Assembly: GCA_019750295.1 (NCBI GenBank)
Contig: JAIEOS010000048.1
Location: forward strand, 2,469-66,468
DNA: 64,000 bases
DNA from: Bdellovibrionales bacterium
GTDB taxonomy: Bacteria; Bdellovibrionota; Bdellovibrionia; Bdellovibrionales; JAGQZY01
Direction: 5' to 3'
The position numbers and the translations under genes are program-made. Below the pieces are notes generated by a model that was not told the DNA's origin, did not search any database, and saw nothing but the letters and a program-made list of their open reading frames with translations. Position 1 is the stretch's first letter. Each line of letters opens with the position of its first letter. Below, piece after piece: positions 1 to 6,390 of the stretch.

Positions 1-660
1 AATAAGGTTGTAGAAAATAGCACAGATCCTAGCTTAATCAGTGAGAGCTCTCGCTTTCTCGCGGATATTTATATCGCGCAAAAAAAAGATTATAAAATGG
101 GCCTTAAGTATCTCGATGTTTCCATCAATACATCGGCCAATGCGCTTTCTTCGCGCGAGTCGATGAAGCGCAAAGCGGCCGTGCTGTTTCATCACCTTTC
201 ACGCTATGAAGAGGCCATCCCCCTGTATGTTCGCCTCCTGGGATCAGACCCACTTTCTCCGGCGGAAACGGGAGAGTATCGGTTGAATTTGGCAAAAAGT
301 TATTTTTTGTTATCGCAGTTTCAGCAGGCGCGCATCGAGGCTCAAAGAGTCCTTAAGGACAGTGAGGACCAGCAGCATCGTGACCGAGCCTCTAAGCTGA
401 TCGCCGACACTTATATCTCTGGAGACGGGGATGCAAAAGATGCGGCTGAGCAGTACAAAAAGATCATGGGTGATATTCAGGATGTGGAAACTAAAAAAGA
501 TATGGCGCTCAATTTAGCCTTATGGTTAGAACAAAAAGAAAAATATAAAGAGGCATTTACGGTCCTCGAAAATTTGAATTTAAAAGAGGATGAATTTATC
601 GCCGCAAAGATGAAGCAGCTCGATCGGCTTTATCTTTTGCAAACACGGAGGCCAAGATGA
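1..660 (+). CDS. TPR-like helical-repeat protein, C-terminal part (5' end outside window)
   Basis: Frame 1 is open from base 1 (NKVVENSTDPS... precedes the listed Met at 97). Stop TGA 658-660 overlaps the next start (ATGA). Helical-repeat composition; no catalytic motif seen. Confidence 0.6.
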   Translation, partial: NKVVENSTDPSLISESSRFLADIYIAQKKDYKMGLKYLDVSINTSANALSSRESMKRKAAVLFHHLSRYEEAIPLYVRLLGSDPLSPAETGEYRLNLAKSYFLLSQFQQARIEAQRVLKDSEDQQHRDRASKLIADTYISGDGDAKDAAEQYKKIMGDIQDVETKKDMALNLALWLEQKEKYKEAFTVLENLNLKEDEFIAAKMKQLDRLYLLQTRRPR

Positions 661-860
661 GTTCACAATTGGCGATCGCTCTCAAGTTGGGAGTCGAATT
701 TCTCGGAAGTATGATCGGTGGGCTCGTTCTAGGTTATATCGCTCAAACCTATTTTGGAACATCGCCGACATGGAGTATGGGCGTGGGCGCCTTTGTTGGC
801 CTCTTTCTTTGGGTGTATCGTGCCATTTTACTTCAGAAAAAAATTTCAGAGAACCGATGA
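657..860 (+). CDS. AtpZ/AtpI-family small membrane protein (F0F1 ATP synthase-associated)
   Basis: 67 aa with two hydrophobic helices (LGVEFLGSMIGGLVLGYIA, GVGAFVGLFLWVY). Sits directly 5' of atpI-atpB-atpE. ATGA-coupled on both sides. Confidence 0.7.
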   Translation: MSSQLAIALKLGVEFLGSMIGGLVLGYIAQTYFGTSPTWSMGVGAFVGLFLWVYRAILLQKKISENR

Positions 861-1213
861 AGCCATCTCTTCTCAGACAACAAATTGAACTTTTTGCCCT
901 AAGCCTTGGAGCAGGAGTTGCCATAATCGCTATGAGCTCCTTTCTCACAGATTTATACGGCGCGAAACACATCGCCATCGGTGTCGTTTTGGGCCAAGCG
1001 AGCTGGCTTTTTAACGGTCTTTCGAGTTGGTTTTTATTCACCAAAAAACATATTGCCTGGATAGTGATGGTGAATGTAATAAAGTACGTAATTTTAGTAA
1101 CTATTATTGTCGCAATCATTGCACGATTGAATGCGCCGCTCGTTGGAGTGGGATTGTTTCTCCATATAGTGGCCACGTCTTTAGCTTGGTATGCCTTCAA
1201 AGTTAGAAACTAA
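857..1213 (+). CDS. atpI: ATP synthase protein I-like membrane protein
   Basis: ATG 857 overlaps the upstream stop (ATGA). 118 aa with about 4 hydrophobic segments, directly upstream of atpB. The ORF-track start at 770 would overlap the upstream gene by 90 nt and is not preferred. Confidence 0.65.
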   Translation: MKPSLLRQQIELFALSLGAGVAIIAMSSFLTDLYGAKHIAIGVVLGQASWLFNGLSSWFLFTKKHIAWIVMVNVIKYVILVTIIVAIIARLNAPLVGVGLFLHIVATSLAWYAFKVRN

Positions 1214-1230
1214 AATGTAAGGAAATAGAC

Positions 1231-1920
1231 ATGACTCACTTTAATTGGATTCAGCACATCACTCACGTTGATCACCACTATGTTCATGTGGCTACAGGCG
1301 CCGCAGTGGCCGTAGGAATTATTGCCCTTGGTCTCCGAGCCCGTCTTGCTCTCGGAAGTGGCGAAGCTGCTATCGCTCCAGCGCCAAAGTTGTCTGTCCG
1401 CGGAGTTTTCGAAATCGTCACTGAAGGAACATACAACGTGGCGGAACTTGTTCTTGGACACGATGGACCTAAATTTGTTCCTCTTGTGGCTTCGATTTTC
1501 CTATTTGTTTTGATTAATAACTTGGTGGGCTTGCTTCCGGGCATGACCCCCGCCACAGATAACTTCAACACCTCGTTTGCGATTGGTATTTTTTCTTTTG
1601 CTTACTACAACTACGTCGGTGTGAGAGACGAAGGGTTAAATTATTTTAAACACTTCCTGGGGCCAGTATGGTGGCTCGCATGGCTTGTACTTCCGATCGA
1701 GCTGATTTCACATGCCTTCCGCCCATTAACACTGGGGATTCGATTGGCAGGGAATATCACGGCAGATCACACGGTTCTCGGCGTGTTCCTCGAGATCGCT
1801 CCGTGGGTTGTACCGGTGGCCTTCTATATGATGGGGCTCATCGTTAGCATTATTCAGGCATTTGTATTTGCATTATTAACATTAGTTTACGTCATGTTGG
1901 CGAAGGCGCATGATCACTAA
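1231..1920 (+). CDS. atpB: F0F1 ATP synthase subunit a
   Basis: 229-aa polytopic protein with the a-subunit signature LTLGIRLAGNITADH (conserved Arg). AAGGA lies upstream of the ATG. Confidence 0.95.
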   Translation: MTHFNWIQHITHVDHHYVHVATGAAVAVGIIALGLRARLALGSGEAAIAPAPKLSVRGVFEIVTEGTYNVAELVLGHDGPKFVPLVASIFLFVLINNLVGLLPGMTPATDNFNTSFAIGIFSFAYYNYVGVRDEGLNYFKHFLGPVWWLAWLVLPIELISHAFRPLTLGIRLAGNITADHTVLGVFLEIAPWVVPVAFYMMGLIVSIIQAFVFALLTLVYVMLAKAHDH

Positions 1921-1939
1921 AATACGAAAGGAAAAAAAC

Positions 1940-2293
1940 ATGAGAAACATTTCTAAAACAGCAGCAGTATCCCTAGGTGCATTGCTCGTATCCGTTCCTG
2001 CATTTGCTCAGACTACAGGTAATGGCGACTTGTCATTCATCGGTATGATGGCGATCGGGGCCGCTATTGCCATCGGTCTAGCGGCATTCGGTGCAGCGTC
2101 TGGCCAAGGTAAAGCCGCAGCCGCAGCTCTTGATGGTATCGCTCGTAATCCTTCAGCTTCTGGAAGCATGTTCCTACCTTTGGTATTGAGCTTGGTTTTC
2201 ATGGAAGCTTTGGGAATTTTAGCATTCCTCGTTGGTAACGGATTGGTGTCCAGCTTGGTTGAAGTCCTTAAGAAAGTCTTCGGTCTAGCTTAA
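1940..2293 (+). CDS. atpE: F0F1 ATP synthase subunit c with signal-peptide-like N-terminal extension
   Basis: Helix-loop-helix with GQGKAAAAALDGIARNP loop and carboxylate in LVFMEALGILAF. ATG 1940 has a GAAAGGA SD, 19 nt after the atpB stop. Alternative internal start ATG 2045 (MMAIGAA). Confidence 0.9.
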   Translation: MRNISKTAAVSLGALLVSVPAFAQTTGNGDLSFIGMMAIGAAIAIGLAAFGAASGQGKAAAAALDGIARNPSASGSMFLPLVLSLVFMEALGILAFLVGNGLVSSLVEVLKKVFGLA

Positions 2294-2306
2294 TTATCCG
2301 ATCAGA

Positions 2307-2363
2307 GTCGTCCTGGGTGAAAGAAAGGATCTTGCGAGATCCTTCATCTTCGTTCAGGATGAC
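2307..2363 (+). terminator. Imperfect 25-bp stem-loop after atpE (operon-end hairpin; two inverted degenerate copies of the GTCATCCTGAGCGAAAGCGAAGGATC motif)
   Basis: GTCGTCCTGGGTGAAAGAAAGGATC-ttgcga-GATCCTTCATCTTCGTTCAGGATGAC. Several pairs are G.T, so the fold is better on the + strand RNA. No clear U-tract follows. Confidence 0.45.
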
Positions 2364-2447
2364 CGTCTAGTTCGTTCCTATCTTCGAATGGACTGTCTCA
2401 GTCTGAGACTTTGTTAAGGTTTTTCCATAAATTCCGATAAGATCCCT

Positions 2448-4232
2448 ATGGAAAAAACAGGTACCTTTTGCGCCCTCTTTTTATATTCAAATCTGAGCGC
2501 ATCACTTCCTCTTATTAATGGACTCAAAGATAAAGGTGTCGATGGCCGTGTTGTTTCCTCATCTGCTGAACTCATTCAATCTATTGTTAAGATTAATGTC
2601 GATGTGATTGGAATTAGCGTCAATCATCCGAGCTCTGTCAGCATACTTCAGGTGATCAAGAGCAACACTCACATTCCGGTCATTCTCTTTGGAGAAGATG
2701 ATAAGCCTGACACGCTTAAAAAAATACAAAACCAGCCCGCCGACTTTAAAATTAACGGTACGATTTCGACCTACAATATTTGGATGAAATTGAGCGGGAT
2801 GATTAAAAAGAAAATGGAGCTTGCCGCTCCTCCCGTAGAGCCCAACAAAAAAGTCATCGGTGGAGGAAGGCCTACGGAAAATCCCGGTGGCGCGATCCAT
2901 GTTAAAGGGGCTAAGCCTAAAGAGAAAACGAAAAAACCCACGGGTCTAGTGATCGATACATCAAAAATTGCAAAAGATCCTAAGACAAAAAAGATGGGGG
3001 CCATACTTCATACCGGGCCTAAAAAACAAAAAGCAAAATTAAAACCACCTAAAGTCATCAAAAATGCAGGCAAACCTCAAGAGAAGACTCAGATCCAGTT
3101 CTTTAGAAAAACAGAAGCCGAACTGGCCAAGATAAGAAGTGCACCTAAGGTTATTAAGAAAGATGTGGCGCAAGAGGCGCTCATTCAACCGAAGGAGATC
3201 AAGGTTATGCCTCAAGAAGAGGGCTTATCTCAAGGTCAAGTCAAGCAGATGGATACTGCCGAACAAGTGATTGGCTCCGTTCAAACTACTGGAGGAGACA
3301 CTCAAGGGGTAGGCTCTGTGAAAAGCGTGGATGGCTTTCAAAGCCAGAGCAACGCACTTCCTTCAATGGAAGCGACTGCCGTGGCGATCACTGGCGGTGA
3401 CAGTGTTGATTCAGCGCCAGAAGTTAATAGTAATATTATCGATCTCAATAAAATTCGTGAGCAACGCCACCGGGACAATGCTGATGCGTTCGATGAGGAC
3501 ATGCAGCCTAAGCTGATCCAACTCGATCCGATAGAGCGAGAACGTATTCGCAAAATGTTTAAAGATGCGGCCTATAGCTCATTGACTAATTTTTTCCAAA
3601 ATGTCGGCAACTCTCGCGTGGCGGATTTTAAGAACGTCAGCAAAATTACGGTGGTTCCTGTCGAAAACAAAGACGAGAGCGGCTATATCGTTTTTTGTAA
3701 AAGAGATGGGGCTCATCTTCCTGAAGAGGTTATACGTTCCTTTAATCAGAATTTAGTGGCGAATATCAGTAATCCTGAAAGCAAATATAAAATCGAAGAG
3801 ATGTTTACGTTTGAATTGGAAGCGTTTGATCTTACAACTTGGGCGGAAGCGAATGGACAATTTTACTTTACGACGGAGCTTGCGGCCGAGAGCTCTCCAG
3901 TGATGATGTGTTACTTTGATCGTAATCCGGTTTACCCGTTCACTCGATATATAGAAGAAACCGGAATGTATAAAATGGATCTGATGGAACTTCCAGCGAA
4001 CGTACCGGTCACATTCGACGCTTATATATATTTTATTAGAAATAAACGAACGGCACTTTACCTTCGTCGAGGCGGAAGCTTTAGTTCGAAACAAATTCAG
4101 CGATTATTTCGCCGCGGATTTAAATCTCTTCTCATCAAAGAAGAGGATTTACGTATTTATACCGAGTTTTACGTCAAGCGCTCGCTCCTTAGAGATCTTC
4201 AATCGGTCATCGTCAAAAAAGAAGCCGCATAA
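2448..4232 (+). CDS. Hypothetical protein: degenerate receiver-like N-terminus, Lys/Pro-rich linker, conserved-looking C-terminal domain
   Basis: 594-aa ORF with no competing frame. N-terminal beta/alpha pattern resembles a CheY fold but lacks the acidic pocket. Low-complexity K/P/Q region in the middle. Function unknown. Confidence 0.75.
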   Translation: MEKTGTFCALFLYSNLSASLPLINGLKDKGVDGRVVSSSAELIQSIVKINVDVIGISVNHPSSVSILQVIKSNTHIPVILFGEDDKPDTLKKIQNQPADFKINGTISTYNIWMKLSGMIKKKMELAAPPVEPNKKVIGGGRPTENPGGAIHVKGAKPKEKTKKPTGLVIDTSKIAKDPKTKKMGAILHTGPKKQKAKLKPPKVIKNAGKPQEKTQIQFFRKTEAELAKIRSAPKVIKKDVAQEALIQPKEIKVMPQEEGLSQGQVKQMDTAEQVIGSVQTTGGDTQGVGSVKSVDGFQSQSNALPSMEATAVAITGGDSVDSAPEVNSNIIDLNKIREQRHRDNADAFDEDMQPKLIQLDPIERERIRKMFKDAAYSSLTNFFQNVGNSRVADFKNVSKITVVPVENKDESGYIVFCKRDGAHLPEEVIRSFNQNLVANISNPESKYKIEEMFTFELEAFDLTTWAEANGQFYFTTELAAESSPVMMCYFDRNPVYPFTRYIEETGMYKMDLMELPANVPVTFDAYIYFIRNKRTALYLRRGGSFSSKQIQRLFRRGFKSLLIKEEDLRIYTEFYVKRSLLRDLQSVIVKKEAA

Positions 4233-4395
4233 ATCACGGAAAACTAGACTAGTCCTTAGTACTAACATTTTGTCCCAATCAAAAGTCTTGGCGAACATGC
4301 TTTGCTCATAATAATATCCTTTATGTTGTTATTAAAATAACTAATGTGCTCGGAAGGAATCGAGAGGCATTACAAAACAAATAATTCACCAAAGG

Positions 4396-5991
4396 ATGGT
4401 GCCCATGAAAAATCTTTTATTCCTTTTTTCTTTTCTTATCGTGAATCAAGCCCTGGCCAGTTCTGAATATCTTGTGCAATTGCAGGATGGCGTAGATGCA
4501 AATGCTATCTATGAACGCTTTGGTGATGCTGAAGTGGAAGATCTTGGTTTTAACAACTGGTACAAAATCACAACCGAAGAACAAAATGTTCATCGAAAAA
4601 GTATGCCTTCGTTTGTGAGAAATATCGAAAAGAACGGTAAACTCAAAATCGCTCTTCATAAAGCTCACGAAAATCGTGAAGACGGCGGATTTCCCTTCCC
4701 CATTCCCGGTATGCCTGGAAATGGTGACGACGGCGGTGGCGGAGGCGGACTCCCTTTCCCAATCCCTGGTTTTCCTGGTGACGGTGGAGGAGACGATGGA
4801 AACGGTGGACTTCCCTTTCCAATTCCTGGCTTCCCTGGTGAGGGTGGAGACGGCGGAAATGGCGGCGGATTCCCAGGCCTACCCGGTGGTGGCGGTGGGG
4901 GATCTACAGCCAGCGGTGATCCCGCGATTCCTACAAATTTCGTAGAAACCACGGGCCCAGATAAAGACAGTACCAAGCAATGGGGTATGACAGATATCGG
5001 TTTAACAGAAGCTTGGAACACTGGTGGAACGCAAGGTTCTGCAGAAATCGTTGTTGCGGTGATCGATACAGGAATCGACTACACCCACGAAGACCTTGCA
5101 AAAAATATTTGGCGCAATCCTGGTGAAACAGGAACCGATGGTTCTGGAAAAGATAAAGCTACGAATGGCGTTGATGATGATAACAATGGTTACATCGACG
5201 ACGTTGTGGGATGGGATTTCGCTAAGAATGATAGCAAACCCTACGACACCAAAGGCGCCAATCCTGGTCACGGAACTCATTGCGCAGGGAACATCGGCGC
5301 GGCCGTAAATAATGGTAAAGGTATTGTCGGTATCGCACCGAACGTAAAAATGATGGCTCTACGTTTCCTCACTGAAAAAGGCGAAGGGGATATCGCGGGA
5401 GCTTTAAAGGCGATCAAGTACGGAGCTGATAACGGAGCTCGAATTCTTTCTAACTCTTGGGGTTCTGAAGGTGATGGAACTGGCGATGGCCAAAATGATG
5501 AAGAAGATGCAGCGGCTAGCAAAGCTCTTCAAGACGTTATTTCGTACGCTAAAGATAAAGGTGTCTTATTCATCGCAGCGGCTGGAAACGGAAAAGCTCC
5601 TTTCGGTATCGGTTATGATAACGACACGGATAAAAAACCAGCCTTCCCAGCAAGCTACGACGTTGAAAACATCGTGAGTGTTGCAGCTTTAAATAGCCAA
5701 GATCGTCTCGGTCAATTCTCCAATTGGGGTAAACGTACAGTAGATATCGGCGCTCCGGGTGTTGGTGTTTACTCAACAGTTCCAGGTAACAAATACATGA
5801 ACATGGATGGAACTTCTATGGCATGTCCTCACGTTGCTGGAGCTGCGGCTCTTTACTGGTCGAAGCACCCGAATGCGACTTGGTTGGATGTGAAAAATGC
5901 TCTCATTCAATCGGCTAAACCGATTAGTGCGTTGAACAATAAGTCTGTGAGCGGTGGTAAACTTGATCTTCGCAAATTAATGTCGATGTAA
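4396..5991 (+). CDS. Secreted subtilisin-like serine protease (peptidase S8) with Gly/Pro/Asp repeat insert
   Basis: Signal peptide (MKNLLFLFSFLIVNQALA/SSE). Triad motifs VAVIDTGID, HGTHCAG, GTSMACPHVAG. ATG 4405 has better spacing to AAAGGA than ATG 4396. Confidence 0.93.
   Translation: MVPMKNLLFLFSFLIVNQALASSEYLVQLQDGVDANAIYERFGDAEVEDLGFNNWYKITTEEQNVHRKSMPSFVRNIEKNGKLKIALHKAHENREDGGFPFPIPGMPGNGDDGGGGGGLPFPIPGFPGDGGGDDGNGGLPFPIPGFPGEGGDGGNGGGFPGLPGGGGGGSTASGDPAIPTNFVETTGPDKDSTKQWGMTDIGLTEAWNTGGTQGSAEIVVAVIDTGIDYTHEDLAKNIWRNPGETGTDGSGKDKATNGVDDDNNGYIDDVVGWDFAKNDSKPYDTKGANPGHGTHCAGNIGAAVNNGKGIVGIAPNVKMMALRFLTEKGEGDIAGALKAIKYGADNGARILSNSWGSEGDGTGDGQNDEEDAAASKALQDVISYAKDKGVLFIAAAGNGKAPFGIGYDNDTDKKPAFPASYDVENIVSVAALNSQDRLGQFSNWGKRTVDIGAPGVGVYSTVPGNKYMNMDGTSMACPHVAGAAALYWSKHPNATWLDVKNALIQSAKPISALNNKSVSGGKLDLRKLMSM
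4684..4900 (+). repeat. In-frame tandem repeat (about 60-63 nt x 3.5) encoding GG(L/F)PFPIPG(F/M)PG(D/E/N)GG..
   Basis: Three near-identical units (LPFPIPGFPG core) plus a partial fourth, lying between the pro-region and the catalytic domain of the S8 protease. Confidence 0.85.
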
Positions 5992-6025
5992 GTTTAGTCC
6001 TTCCAATAGTGATTTGCTTAACTGA

Positions 6026-6056
6026 CCCGGGAAGTTCTCCCGGGTTTTTTATTTTT
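6026..6056 (+). terminator. Rho-independent terminator of the S8 protease gene
   Basis: CCCGGGA-agttc-TCCCGGG followed by TTTTTTATTTTTAT. The T-tract is also the start of the long palindrome arm. Confidence 0.7.
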
Positions 6057-6215
6057 ATCCTGGAAATTTAAAAATGAATGGTTCCCTCCCTGACCTTCGC
6101 GGGTGCAAAGCGTCTTCGGATTGCGTCACTTCGTGAGCGCAACCCGGATACGCATTGCTCGCACAGGACGGTTCGGAACCATTCATTTTTAAATTTCCAG
6201 GATAAAAATAAAAAA
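6045..6215. repeat. 171-bp palindromic element: perfect 41-bp inverted arms around an 89-nt GC-rich, itself hairpin-forming core
   Basis: 6045-6085 is the exact reverse complement of 6175-6215 (checked base by base). The core 6110-6153 folds as an imperfect 20-bp hairpin centred on the same axis (6130). Lies between convergent genes. Confidence 0.9.
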
Positions 6216-6390
6216 TCGCGTTTGGTGTTTTGGGGTTCGCTGCGCGTTTGTGCTGCTTAATTCGCGGGTGTGGATGTTCGATCTTTTGGTAGAAGTGTTT
6301 TTTTGCATTTCTTTATCATTGGGTATTACAGTCACTTATTTACTTAGATGGGCGTAATACATTAGCGAGAGATATAAGGCCTAGCCCTTT

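Noticed and set aside
4665-5021. 118-aa Pro-rich minus-strand ORF (PPPPPPGRPGNPPPFPP...).
   Set aside because: It is the antisense shadow of the Gly-rich repeat in the S8 protease gene, which has the full catalytic triad on the + strand.
6045-6215. Calling the element a MITE or mobile element outright.
   Set aside because: There are 41-bp terminal inverted repeats, but I see no target-site duplication, no second copy in the window and no transposase. It is kept as one hypothesis inside the finding, not as a feature call.
6078-6260. 60-aa ORF inside the 171-bp palindromic element (and a 20-aa ORF from ATG 6075).
   Set aside because: No RBS, Arg/Cys-rich composition, and the reading frame is created by the palindrome core and right arm. 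Treated as non-coding.
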